64,000 nucleotides of DNA from Vitrella brassicaformis CCMP3155 (lineage: Eukaryota > Protista > Chromerida), in the NCBI GenBank assembly GCA_001179505.1, contig CDMY01000405.1:186001-250000 (forward strand), written 5' to 3'. Shown piece after piece: positions 49,352 to 62,446 of this stretch. Made by a program: the position numbers and the translations under genes. The notes under the pieces are model-generated. The model saw nothing but the letters and a program-made list of their open reading frames with translations. It was not told where the DNA came from and did not search any database. Positions within the stretch are counted from its first letter, which is position 1. Every line of letters begins with the position of its first letter.

Positions 49352-49497
49352 CGGATTCGACACGGCACCAAGACAAGCGAGCACCGCAGCGCACCCGACA
49401 GTGCGCACGCGACGGGTTTGGTACGGTTTGGAGGGCACTTTTCCTGCGAGCCAACAAGCTCGCAACTCAGATTCACGAGCCTGCAGGGGTGTGTGCG

Positions 49498-49955
49498 ATG
49501 AGTTTCGAGTCTGCGGCGAGTGCGCTGCAGAATGTGCCGCTGAGCAACGTGTCTAGGGACCACTGGAAGCAGTTCAAGTCGGCCGAGGCGACCGACGACC
49601 TCAACCTGCTCATAGATGGCGTCCCGGACGACTGCACGGCAGACGGCATCCACGAGATCGTCAAAATCGCAAAACAATTCGCCAAGGGAGATGTGAGCAA
49701 AGCGGGAGAAACGCGTCTGTGTTGGTTGGATGACATCCATCCATTCATCAGGCTCCTGCTGGTGAGTTTTGGCGTGCGGTCAAGGCCGAGCAGACGGCTG
49801 ACGGGCTGGACCCCTGCCGCGCCCTCCTGTGCGTGGTGTGCCAGCTGCTCGACGCACAGGAGCGCCTCATGGTGCAGGCCGCGGCACTCTACCTCGCCGT
49901 GCTGCGGGTGGGTCGGTCACACTCACACAGACGGTGCCTATGGCCTGCACCCATT

Positions 49956-49991
<36 letters not shown>

Positions 49992-51076
49992 TGTGTGTTA
50001 TAGATTCCCGGTGCGGCGGGCCATCAGTTTGACGTGCGTCCCTTTCTGTTCCGTCGGCTGCACAGTGCGCTGAAGGGTTTGGTGACGGAGGGCAAGGTGG
50101 CCAAGGGCCAGGCGGGGCGGAAGAAGAAAGCCAAAGCCAAGAAACCCAAGAAGAAACAGCAGGGGGGCGACAGCGGCGACGACGATATGGACGGTACGGC
50201 GAGGGCACAGCAGAGCAGCAGCTGGCCGTGCCCCGAACGATCTCTTCCCTCCGCATTTCCTTGTTTCCTCCTCCTTCCTCGTGTGTGGTGTGCGTGCAGA
50301 TGAGAAAAACGATGAGGATGACGAGTGAGTGGGACCAGAGAGGACAGAGAGGAGTGCGACGTGGCATAACATTCTTGATGTGTGTGCAGTGATGGCGACA
50401 ACAACCGTGAGCACATCGACCTGGACGCCCCCGAGGGCGCCAAGCTGTCTGACGCCGACATGGAGACCCTCCTCAAGGAGCTCACCCGGTTCCTCAAGGA
50501 CTGCCCACCACAGGCATTCGCATCCTCTGGCGGACTCGACGCGCTCCTCCCCTTCCTCGAGAGGCTCGCAGACATCGCCCGCAAACCAAAAACACCCATA
50601 GCCAAGTCAGTCGGCGACACCCCCCCCCGCCCCCCCCCCACACACACAACACTCAGAGGTTGACGTTCTATATGTTGGTTGGTATGCAGGGAGTATGCGC
50701 CCGAGGCGATTTTGGGCATGTTGCTGCGCGTCAACGAGTTGCGGAGTGAGGGCAGTCTGAAGGCCCGCGACCCTCAGGCTGAGGCGCCCCCTGCAGCAGC
50801 AGCAGCGGCAGAGGGCGATGACGATGATGACGAGGAGGGGAGGGCAGCTCCTGGGGGAGAGGGGGAGGACAGGGAAGGGGATGATGGAGCGGTGGTCGAC
50901 CTTGGTGACAGCATATTTGTTCGTGTAGTGGGGGTGGCGTTTAAGCACCTGTTGCCGTCACTGCTCATGGGCCGCGAGACCCTCCTGCCCGCGACCACCA
51001 TGAACGCCGAGCTCAAGGTGAGTGAGAAACGGCGGCCTACTCACTGGAAACGGGGGAAAGGCTGCGTGTATCTGGG

Positions 51077-51116
<40 letters not shown>

Positions 51117-54100
51117 TTAGGGTGTTCGTGAGCGTGCGACGCGTGTGCTGACTCAGCTGGTAGAGCACTGCCCGGCTCTCCTCCACCCCATCCCATTCGT
51201 CGACACAAACCCACAACAAGACCAGGACGAGTTAGTAGCCATGCCACACAACACAACACAAGACACCCCCCCCCCCCCCCCCCCCCNNNNNNNNNNNNNN
51301 NNNNNNNNNNNNNNNNNNNNNNNNNNNNNNNNNNNNNNNNNNNNNNNNNNNNNNNNNNNNNNNNNNNNNNNNNNNNNNNNNNNNNNNNNNNNNNNNNNNN
51401 NNNNNNNNNNNNNNNNNNNNNNNNNNNNNNNNNNNNNNNNNNNNNNNNNNNNNNNNNNNNNNNNNNNNNNNNNNNNNNNNNNNNNNNNNNNNNNNNNNNN
51501 NNNNNNNNNNNNNNNNNNNNNNNNNNNNNNNNNNNNNNNNNNNNNNNNNNNNNNNNNNNNNNNNNNNNNNNNNNNNNNNNNNNNNNCCCCCGCTCCTTGT
51601 GTGCAGTGAGGATGCGAGTCCCCCCCGCCGCGCCCCTCAGCCGCGTAGCAAGAAGAAGGCCCCCGCCAGGAGGCGCCTGCAGGACAGCAGCAGCAGCAGC
51701 GATGGCGACGACGATGACCTCGATGACCTCGATGACGACATGGATCTCGATGAGGACGAAGTGGGTGGTGGCCGGTCCAAGCACAAGAGCAAGAAGAACG
51801 ACAAGGACAAGAAGAAGCCGTCGGGGCGCCGGAAGAAGCGGCGGGATGGGGGCGATGACGAGGACTATGACGAACAGCTGGTCACAAAGGCACACAGACA
51901 GGCACACTGCCACACAGTGTGGCAGGCTGTTGATCGGATGTTAAGGCGGTCTTTGTGTTTGTTTGTTGGTGCCTTTGCGGGTCAGGACCATGAGGCGCGT
52001 AGGAAGAAGAAGAATCGCAACGCCCCCAAGCAGCAGCAGCAGCCGCGCAAAAAGGACTCTTTCGCAGGTCACATAAGACACACCACACCACAAGCCAACC
52101 CAATCCAAGCCAACACTGCTTTCCTTCTCCTCTCCTCAGATCCCCTGCTGGCCCTGCTGCAGCGGATGTGTCTGGCGGCCCACGAGCGCAGCGACTGGCG
52201 GCAGGGCACCGCCGACTCCGTCACGGCCATCCTCGCAGCCGTCACCACACACCACCTCGCCATCGCCCCTCCACTGCCCCCTCCCCCCGACAACCAGGAC
52301 CAAGAGGCCATGGACATCGACCTGTCCGACGACCTGGTGCGTTCGATGGGCGCGGTGCGGATCGTCAAAGAGATGGCGGGTTTCTTGGTATGCATGCTGA
52401 GTGCGGAGAAGATGTCGTGGCGGGGCGAGGCGCTGGAGGTGGCGCAGCGGTGGCTGATGGCGTCCATGGGGGAAATCAGGGGCATCGAGATGGTGCCGCC
52501 TGACCTGGAGGCCGCCAGGGGGGGCGAGGGGGGAGAGGTGAGCACATGAAGAGGCGGGCAGACGAGGTGGCTGGACCTACCTTTTGTGTGTGGTTTGCGG
52601 GTGCGTTCAGGGTGTTGGTGCTGCCGTGAGTGCAGTGGATCTGCTGTGGCGGGAGCTGTGCAAGCGGGCCAAGGACGCCAATGCACTCAACCGGTACGCA
52701 TGTGTCTGCGCGTAGAGAGAAGAAATAACACACACTCTTCCAACCACCATATTGTCTCGTGTCTCTTCCCCCTCCCTCATCCGGTCTGTCCACCCATCAG
52801 CCGTCGTGCGATCAGTTTAGCGTTAGACTTGTTGCAGGAGCACGCCGCCGACCCGCAGCTGCTCAAGCGGCTCATCGGCAAGAGCACCGACCCCTCGACA
52901 GGCGCCGTGTGGCAGGCCATCGACCTCCGCCGCGTCTTCCAGGACTGCGCGAGGGACGAGAGCAAGGACACCAAGAAGGAGGCGGCCGTCATCATGGAGA
53001 AGATGGGCCCCCTGCTGGTGCGGTCGCTGGGGTCCACTGCTGAGAAGCTGCTGCGCATGTTCGACCCGAGGGTGGTGGAGGACCTCATCATGGACGCCTC
53101 AATCAGCGTCCGCAAACAGGTGGGTGAGTTGAGTTGGGGGTGTGTGGTGGAAGCAAGGCGATGGATGGATGGATGTGTATCGCGTCTGTCTACAGGTGTT
53201 GTCGGCGGTGGATATAGTATACGGTCAGCACGGCACAGCACACACGGGGAGACACAACATGACAAAGACAGGTGCCCACCAATCCACCGTCCGTCTGTGT
53301 GTTCTCCCTTTGTCGCTTCAGAGGTGTGTCCGGGCTCTCCCGAGATCCGTCAGCTGTGGGCCAAGGTGGTCCTGCCATGCGTCGTAGATGTAAGCAACCA
53401 GCACAAACACACCACCCGCACATATCGTCCCACCATCTCTTCTCTCTCTGTCTCTCTCTGCTCTTGCTTTTGCTTTCTCGCAGCCTGAGGGCACTGTGGA
53501 CGCCAAGGCGTTAGAGCTGGTGGAGCGCCGCATCGTCGACGAGCTCGCCGCCCTGCCCACCTACTTCGACCCCTCGTGCGACGTCGTCTACAAGGCCCGC
53601 AAGAAGAGCAGACTCAAAGACATCAACCTGCCTGAGGGCGATGGTGCTGGTGGTGGTAATGGTGGTGGCGACGGGGGAGATGGGGACGGCGATGTGGTGG
53701 CCCACCCGCGTCCGCAGGTGCTGGATCTGTTGGACTCGCTGGACGGTGAGGGTTTGGAGTACATGCAGCGGGGCGTGCGGAAGCTGCGGAAGGTCAAGGG
53801 TGTGATCCCGCTGACGTGGTACGCCACCCTGCACGGCATCATGAAGGCCTGCCTCAACGCCAGAGTGCCGGTGGAGGACTGGCCGCTGGGCGTCTGGTGC
53901 ATCTACGAGGCAAGCTTACAGCCATACCATACACACACATCTCCCCAATACATACCCACACCAACCGTGTCCTGCCCGTGTGTGCGCTCAGGAGATGACC
54001 GGTCTGAAGAAGGACGGCCTACAAACCGAGTTGATAGTGCGGTCGTGGCACGCCGCCGCCCCGGCCAAGGACATCCTCACCCTCTCGCCCCCGCCCAGCC

Positions 54101-54305
54101 GCGAGCCCACACCCAGACGCAGCACGCGGGACCTCACGGTGGTGGAGCGCCGACACGCCATCGCCAGGCGGCTGCTGTCCGTCATGAACAACATCGCCGA
54201 GGCTATACGCGAGAAAGACGCCGAGGCAGTGGCCACGGACCTACAGGCGCGACTCAAGGTGGGCTGGGCGAGGCGAGCAGGGGGGAGGGGGGCGTGTGCG
54301 TGGAT

Positions 54306-54343
<38 letters not shown>

Positions 54344-57300
54344 TGTGCAGGAGTTCACGGCGCCTCCGGAGGTGGTTCAGTCGATGCTGCATTGTCTGAA
54401 CGGGCTGCTCAAGGGGCCCGCCAAGAAGGCGGGCACCAACGCATCCAAATGGACTGACGGACTGCTCAAAATCATCAAGGCAAGAATATTCTCAAGATGG
54501 GAGAAAGACGGAGAGGAAAGCCAGGTCAGTGTGTCTCTTTTTCTCGTGGGCCATCCATGGTGTAGGGTGCGCTGGACGCGTTGAAGTACATGCCCAAGGA
54601 GGAGGAGGGCAGCGAGGAGGCGCGGAAGAACGACGACAAGCGGCGTTTGCGCGCCAAGCTGATGCGCAACCAGTCCCTCCTGACGCGCTACCTCTTCACA
54701 CTCGGCGAGCTCTCACTGCTCGAGGGCGTCACCATTCAAAAGACATACGTCGACACCATGCAGGTACCAGCCCAGCCAGCACACCAGATGATGGTGGTGG
54801 ACTTAACTATGTGCTGCATTCTTGTGTGTGTGTGGGGGGGGGTGCGTACGGGATACAGGCGATTGTGATGCCGTCTGACGATGTGCATGGGCAGATGCAG
54901 TTCCACGAGGACGTGCGGGGCCACGCCTTGCTGGCGTTGGCCAAGGTCTGCCGCAAGCCCACCGACTACTCCAAGCAGAACATCGTCGACCTCATCGTAT
55001 CATCGCTGCACAAGGACGAGGCACTCATCATCAGGAACAACGCCATAGTGGTCAGTCAGCAAAAGGAAAGGCAGCCAGCACATCTTTTGTGGTCTGTCTG
55101 CATCAATGGTTATCGGCTCTGTACATATCTGTGTGTGTGCGTGTCTCTTCGTCTGTGTGTGGTGTGGTGGGGTGTGGTCCACCGATGCTCTAACGTGCAG
55201 GCGATAGGGGAGGTCTACAGCAAGAACGCCACTTTGTGCGACCCCCGGATGAACGCCGTGACGCAGCAGCTGGCGGACCCCAACCCGTTCCTCCGGAAGC
55301 AGACGCTCCTCGTGCTCTACAAGAACGTCCAGGGGGGACACTTCAAACTCAGCTACTCTGTCACACTCTTCAGGTACCTCAGCAACTGGGCAGGGGATGG
55401 CTACCGGAGAGGATCTTGTCGTCTCGTGTGTGTGTGTGTGTTGTAAGGATGCTGTATGCCTTGGCTGACGAGCATCCGAAGGTGCGCGAGTTCGCCGAGA
55501 CGTTCGTCATCAACCAAATCATCAAGGAGCAGCAGCAGGTAGGCAGGCACGATTTGGGTGTGTGTGGGCCATGTGTGCGTGTGCGTGTGCGTATCAGGGT
55601 GGGGTTGATTTGCGGATGGTGTTTGTGGAGGCGGTGGTGTTCTTCAACGGCTGGCGGAAGCACCCCAAGTTCGACCAGATCCGTAGGGCCAAGAGCAATG
55701 ACGCGTTCATACTCAAACTACACCCACACAAAAGACAGGTAGGTCGGCGGGCGGGGCGGGGCGGGGCGGCAGCAACCAGTAGCAGCCAGGCCAGGCGTAT
55801 GTAACGTAAGCTGCACGTCTGTGTGTGTTGGGCGCGGCGCATTGCAGACGATCCTGCAGTTCATCCTCAACAACGTCGAGAGCGTCACCAAGCTATACGA
55901 AATCGCACAGTTAGCGACCACACACCCACACACATCTTCTCTCCCTCTCCCTCTCCCTATCCCCAGGACGCTGGTCAACGAGTTGATAGCCATCTACGAC
56001 GTGGGTGCGAGTCCCTTCGGCGGCCCCTCCCAGCAGCCGATGCCCCTCCCCCACTCGGCCGACGACCCCCAGGGCTGTGTCCTCACCGACGCCCTGCGCA
56101 TCCTCTGCTGCAGAGAGCTGTACGTCCGATTCGGCAGCAAGTCGGACAGCAGTGGAGGGGGGCAGGACAAGAAGGACGACCAGGGGGGCAACGTGTCGCC
56201 GCCTGCGGAGCCTGCTGCGAACAAGAAGGGTGCTGGTGGTGGTGGTGGTGGGCGGGGGAAGAAGGCAGCTGGTGGCAAGGGTGCTGCTGGTGGCGGGGAG
56301 GGGGGCGGTAGCGGCAAGGTCAAGGGGATGGAGGTGCTGGAGAACGCACTCCTCTTCAACGTGTGGCTCAAGAACGAGGTGGGTCGGTGGGTGAATGAGA
56401 AGATATATGGGAGTGGGGAGGTCTTGGCCTGTGCTGGCTGAGATTGGCTGATGCGCGTGTGTGGATTTCTGCATCTGCTATGCGTAGGTGATACCCCAGC
56501 TGTCAAGTCTGAAGAAGCTGTGTGAGCGGTGCCACTCGCCCGTCCTCCGGGAGGTCCACTACTGCCTCGGACAGCTCCTCTCAGAACACAGGTCCACTCC
56601 ACCGGCAGGCCCACAGACAGATGACACCCCCCCACAGCACAGTGCACATACTCCCTCCTTCTGTCACCGTTCCGTTCCATGACTTGACTCCAGGGATCAT
56701 CTGCAGGACTGGTTGGCCGACGATAAGGAGCTCGCCCGTGAGCTGGATCACGACTTCAAGGCCGGCATGTTCGACCCACAAGTCGCCCTGTCACCAAACC
56801 CCCAGCAGCAGCAGCAGCAGCAAGACATCAACGGCGAAGACGCAGATGACGAGACGGCCGCTGCAGCAGCAGCCCCCCGCCCCCTCTCCGTCAAGCGCAC
56901 CAGGCTCCCACTGTTCCTCGGCCAATTTCAACAGCCGGGTGGTGGTGGTGGTGGGGTGAGGCCCTCTGCCGTCCCCCAGGGTGGCCATGGAGATCCTGCG
57001 GGTGGTGGTGGTGGGCAGGGCTTCCGCATTAGTGGTGCAGCGCCTTTGTTCCGCTTCCGGAATAGCGTCATTGGGGGCCCTCGTTGGACACCGGCATTTG
57101 GGGATGTGGTGGCCGAGGCGGGTGGCCGAGGGCGGGGCAGGAGGATGTCTGAGGCGCCTGGCGGGAGACACAACGTCGTAAGCCGATGAAATGAATGAGT
57201 AAATCCACACATGCGCTCACTGCACACGCATGTGACGGAAATCGAGTGTGTGGGCGGTGTGGTGTGGTGTGATGTCTCTCAGGCTGACGCCGTCCCCCCC

Positions 57301-58041
57301 GCCCCCGCCACGGCCGGCATCGGTCTGCCCCGGGTGCCAGCGGAGCGGCCCAATGATGCGCCACCTGCTCCCGCCGTCCCTGCCGCTGTGGCAGCCAACA
57401 ACAACAGCGCCCCTCCCCCCGCAGCTTCCACTCCCGGCGAGCGCCAGGTCATGAGTTCCCAGGAGCAGATGCCCCCGCCAGACATTCCCCCACAGATAGT
57501 GCAGTCGCGACAACAACCACAACCACAGCAGCAGGAGCGGCAACAAGACGACGACGAGGATGACCGTGAGGAGGGCCGTGAGAGGGAGAGGGATGGGGCA
57601 AGGCCGCCATCAATCCGGCCGAAGGAGAAGGCGCGTGCCAAAGGGGGTGTGACTCGGATTGAGCGCGCCTTGGCCAAGGCTCAGCAGGTGGAGAGCACCA
57701 AGAGGAAGCTCCGCGGCAACGAGCGGGAGGCAAGAGATGATGAGGAGGATGGTGACGGCGACGGGGAGGATGGTGGTGGGGAGCAGCCCAAGAGACGCAT
57801 GCACAAGGGGGGTCGCCGGGAGGCAGCAGCCGAGGACGCTCATGAGGACGAGGAGGAGGGCCAGGAGGCCAGGGAGACCAAGCGGCGACGCAAGCCACCC
57901 AAGAAGCCAAAGAATCGGTCGGTGGGCCGGGGGACGGGAGGGGATAGGCGGCCATGACATAATGTGTCCGTCTCTCTCTCTCTTTGGTGTGCGTGTGTGT
58001 TGCGCATGGCATGCAGGATAGAATCTGGCGAGAATGAATGA
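49498..58041 (+). CDS. NCAPD3: Condensin II HEAT subunit CAP-D3 (Cnd1 domain), many exons
   Basis: HEAT-like helices and the Cnd1 segment DVRGHALLALAKVCRK...IRNNAIV|AIGEVY...LCDPRMNAVTQQLADPNPFLRKQTLLVL...LFR|MLYALADEHPKVREFAE...FFNGWRKHPKFDQ. The FN-x-x-x-H-x-K segment is typical of CAP-D3 rather than CAP-D2 (from memory). Last exon 58017-58041. Confidence 0.78.
51287..51586. other. Assembly gap (300 N)
   Basis: Exactly 300 N between poly-C runs, inside an intron of the CAP-D3 gene. Confidence 0.99.
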
Positions 58042-58565
58042 CGACAATGAATGACTGAGATCTTGGCTGTTGGTGGCAAGAGCGTGGCGGGGTAGCTCGG
58101 TGCAGCGAGCAGTTGCAGAAATCAACTCATGTGTTCTTACATGCAATTGCTCACGTCACGGCAGGTTCGTCACCAATCGCATCGTTTACACACGACACAA
58201 AATAGATAGACGCGCTCACGGACCGACAGACACCTATGGGCGTTGGTGTCCGTTCCGTGCACAGAGATAGCAACTTGAGCAAATGACATGTATCGCTCAC
58301 ACACGAGTCCGTTCGGACCGCCACGCGCCCACACCCACACATGTGGCCCGCCCATGCAGGCAAAAAGAGCCAGCCCCACACAGACAGACAGACAGACAAC
58401 GCACACACGACACAGACAGACACACGTGACTAAAGCAGGCAGGCACACAGACACACATGAACAAAGTAAAGAGCCAGCCAGCAGCCCCACACACGCACAC
58501 CCACACGCATACGCCATCCACCGCACACACACTCACAAACAGAGCGTATACACCTCATCTATATG

Positions 58566-59526
58566 TCATGGTTTGGTGGAGCTCTTGAGGTAGGCAGTCC
58601 ACTGGATGGAGAACCACACAATCTTGACGGCCTGGGTGTGCTCGCAACCCTCGCACGCCCCACTGCACACACCAAACCAGACAAACAGAAACGCGCAGAT
58701 GCGAGCACCGTGCAGTGGGTCTCACCGCCCGGCTCTTCGTCACTCACCTGTGTATGCGCCACCTGGCCTGTGGCTGTTGGAAGCAGAGCTTGACGCTCTC
58801 GCTCTGCAGCACCTTGGACGACACGCCGTGGAAATGCCGCAGCCAACACGACAGCTCCGCCACGTCCTTCTCGTCAAACGACGTGGGCAGCCCAGTGGCC
58901 TCGTCAGGCACCCACCTGCACACCATGGACCCACAATGCCAAACGCACAAGGCCATCTTGTCTTGGTGGCTGGCGGACTGCAGATGCCTCTCTCCCCTTT
59001 CTCCATCCCTGTTGGCCTAGTCGTGTACCCACCTGGATCTGTCAAACGGCACAATCACGGCGGCACATGCGTTCAGCTGAGAGCGGAACCTCTTGTGGTC
59101 CGGCTGACTGTAGAAATGGAAGGTCTCCGAGGGCAGTGTACCCTTCCTGGCGTGCGAGAGGAACACGTGCAGCACCTCCCGCGCCAGCGGCTCCAGCGTG
59201 GCCCGCCTGGCCTCCAATCGCTCCTTGATGCTCTGCTGCCGGTTCTTCTCGCGGGCGTCTTCAGTGATCTCGCGGAGCACCTCGTCGTTGGGCAGGAGGG
59301 GGTCTGCGATGAGTGAGGGCTCCGGTGAGAGGGAGTAGAAGCGGCACTCCCGCTTGACGTGCCTGTCGAGGGACGAGGGCACGTCCCATGTGCCTGAAGA
59401 AGACAAGACGCACAGAGACGAAAGATGTCCTGCCAACGGATTCATTGCATGTTGGTCTGTTGTGTGTGTGCGTGCGCACCGTACCTGATCTGAGGTAGTC
59501 GAGTCTGCAGAATCCCCGCCCGACAT
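58566..59526 (-). CDS. Hypothetical protein, 4 exons
   Basis: In-frame GT-AG splicing: MSGGDSADSTTSDQ|GTWDVPSSLDRHVKRECRFYSL...VIVPFDR|WVPDEATGLPTSFDEKDVAELSCWLRHFHG...QPQA|SGACEGCEHTQAVKIVWFSIQWTAYLKSSTKP*. No family recognised. Confidence 0.65.
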
Positions 59527-60071
59527 GGATCAGGCAGACACACACACAGGCAGCCAGACTCGTGTGCTCAGTCAGATGCTCATGCAGATCTGCATATGGG
59601 TGATTCCCTACATGTATTCGAAGTATCGGCCGTTTCTGTCGATGAAGAGAAAGCCCTCCTCGTCCTGTGGCAGAAGAAGCCTCCCCGTCAGGATGCCGTC
59701 GAAGAACGAGGGACTCCCCTGCTGCAGAGTGCCTTCTGTCGTGACGAAGCCTTTCAGACACATTCAACAGCAGACAGACACATAAATCCGGCTGGCTGGG
59801 ATCCACTTGGCGGCGTCTGTTCTGGTGTGTGATCTGCTTACGCTTTCCACCGACATTCAGCTTGACAAGCCCTCCCCTGAACAATGGCGCCGGAACTCTT
59901 GCAACGTCAGTGGTCGGCGTCGGGCTTGGATTGCTGCATTCGCTCTCTCCTGCAGCTGATCTCATCCTACTGCAGCCGTCCACTCTTGGAGAGGCCCAAA
60001 TGACTTCTTCAAAGCTCGCCGCAGCTAAGCTCGCAGGGCTGGGCGGGGGGTAAGGAAAAGAAACGACCAGC

Positions 60072-61227
60072 ATGGAGCCGCTGCCGACTGTCCGCGTCTT
60101 CGAGAATATCCCGTCAACCGAGCAGAAGCAAGACCTTCCACTGGACCAGCCCAACAACGCGCAGGATGGCGCTCAGCCGGAGGGTGCGGCGCCTCCAGAG
60201 AGACTCGTCGTTGATCTGGAGGTGAGAAGGACACCGTTGGGGCGGCGACACGCTTGTTGAAAATTCGTTTGTGTGTTCGCAAGGATGACGAGGCAACGAG
60301 TGCCTGGGTCGCTGAGGGCACACAGCGCAATTGCGGTCGGCGTGTCCCCGGCCCGCCGATAGTGCTGGATGATTCTTCTGATCTCGAAGACGCTCCTCCG
60401 CCCCGGACAACTCGGCCGTCCAACCGCCCTCAGGTGGAGCCAAACCACACCACAGACAGTACTGTTGGCTGCCATCATGCATGGCATGCTGTGATGCTCC
60501 TGGTGCCACCAGCTCATCCGCACGGTGGACGGCCAGTACTTCCTCGCGTCGAACCTTATCCGCATCTCACCGCCCTCATCTGGTGGCACCCCTGCTGCTG
60601 CCGCTGCTGCTGATGCTCCTGCACCCGCAGCCGCCCTGTCACCTGCTTCTGCTTCCCCACAACCGGAGAGAGGAGACGGCAATCGCAAGCGCAAGGAGTC
60701 GCCGAGCGAGTCTGCTTCCTTGCCGCCATCGAAAGGTCTGCGGTCGATCAGCAACGTCAAGAGCCTTCTGCAGCAGATGGAGTGCCCCGTGTGCTGGGAG
60801 AACTTCAGCAGCGAGGGGAGTGGCAGTGCACGGGACGCGGCGGGCGAGTCGGCGCGGGAGCGGGTGGACGAGGGGATGAATCGCGACAGCGGTCTGCGGA
60901 CATTTGGCGACAAGGTGGTGGACTTTTGTGTGCGGCGTTGGGTGCGGGATGATGGGGACGCGGAGCAGAGGCGACGGCGGGCGAGGCAGCTCGTGGCTGC
61001 TGTTTGCGGCCACATCTTCTGCAGGGTGAGGGAGGGGAGAGGGGGAGAGAGAAGAGGGCACACAAACAGACGACACGGGGAGGGAGAGAGCAATCCATTT
61101 CGTATGTGTGGCTTGGTGTGCGTGTGTGTGTCAGGGCTGCATCGAGCGTCAGATTCGCGTGAAGGGTCGGTGTCCCATATGTCGTGCTGCGCTGCAGCAG
61201 AGGGACATACACCCCCTCTACCTCTGA
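60072..61227 (+). CDS. RNF4-like SUMO-targeted RING E3 ubiquitin ligase, 4 exons
   Basis: Exons 60072-60221, 60284-60433, 60513-61025 and 61135-61227. SIM-like motifs LVVDLE|DD and IVLDDSSD. C3HC4 RING CPVC...CGHIFC|RGC...CPICR ending HPLYL*, similar to the RNF4 HPIYI terminus. Confidence 0.8.
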
Positions 61228-62446
61228 GTGACCCTCACACCCATCCCTGGCAAGAACTGCATTATCCAACCGACAGACAGACAGACAGACAGACAAGACA
61301 GTGAGAGGGGGATCACAGGTGTCACGCGTGTGTCGATTAGTCACGTGTCGTACAGTCACTGGCTTTGTCGCTGTCGTCGGGTGTTCGCGTCTGTCTCATC
61401 AGTTGAGTAATGAATGAGCTGTGCCGTCTTTTTCCCTCCGTTCATCGCTTTGCAGCTGATGACACCACCCAGTTGAGTTCTGCGAGACTTATCGCGGGTT
61501 ACATCACAGTGTGAGAGGAGGTGAACGGAGGAATCGGTGAGTACACTTTCCGCGTGTGGCAGGATAGTAGTTGTGTAGGATGTGGAAAGTGACCGTATAC
61601 CACCCACCGAAGAGTGAATTACGAAGTACATTCATATCACCTTATCAAGGTTCACCGTATCAGTCATATCGACACATGAAAACAACTCCCAGCGAGCTCA
61701 CGCTCGTGCACGTTCACACGCACTCCATACATCACAGCAAACACGGACGCATCAGAGAGGTGTCTGCAGGTTCCAGTAGGAAAGCGTGAGGGGCGTGACA
61801 CACCCATTCATCCACAGACCCTCAGGCAGGCAGGCAGGTAGGCAGGCAGACAGAAAAACGGACGCAGACGTTCACACCATGAGCATTAAAGCGTGGTTGA
61901 TGAGATACAGACGGACATCCAGACGAGTCAGTCACAGACAGGGATGCACTCCACGGGCAATGAACACACGTCTGACACATTTCTATCTCTGTGATCCCCG
62001 GGGCGTGTCACGAGAGCGCACCAGGCGGCTGGCTGTCCAAACGTCTGTTTTGCAGCCCCACCACCGGCGGCACACCGACCACTCCCCTCACCTTTACAAC
62101 ACACATCCACTGCTCTCCCCTCCCACACACACACAGACACCTTCTCACACACGGGCATCGTGCAACACACTGCCTGTGTGGGTAGGCGTGCACAGCACCA
62201 CCCACACACATGCCACGAAGAGCTACATGGTATGGTATGTCCCGCTGGTCGGCAAAACGCCGCTGTCTGCCAGTTGGTCTGGTCGGTCCCCAAAATTGAC
62301 GCCCGTCCGTTCGTTATCAACACAGACAGCCACACGCCCACACGAGTCAGTCAGTCAGTCAGCTGCACATGAAGGACACGTTGGTCTGGTCGGTCAAAAA
62401 AGATCGGCACGACGAAAGAAACGAAAACCGCACCACCTAACACCAC

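Noticed and set aside
33900-51600. Poly-G/C tracts at gap edges as G-quadruplex regulatory elements
   Set aside because: They explain the sequencing dropouts (uniform 300-N placeholders) and lie in introns; nothing indicates function.
61230-62440. Exon-like fragments between the STUbL and the inverted repeat (e.g. LVWSVPKIDARPFVINTD)
   Set aside because: No coherent start, splice chain or stop; more likely UTR or intergenic sequence.
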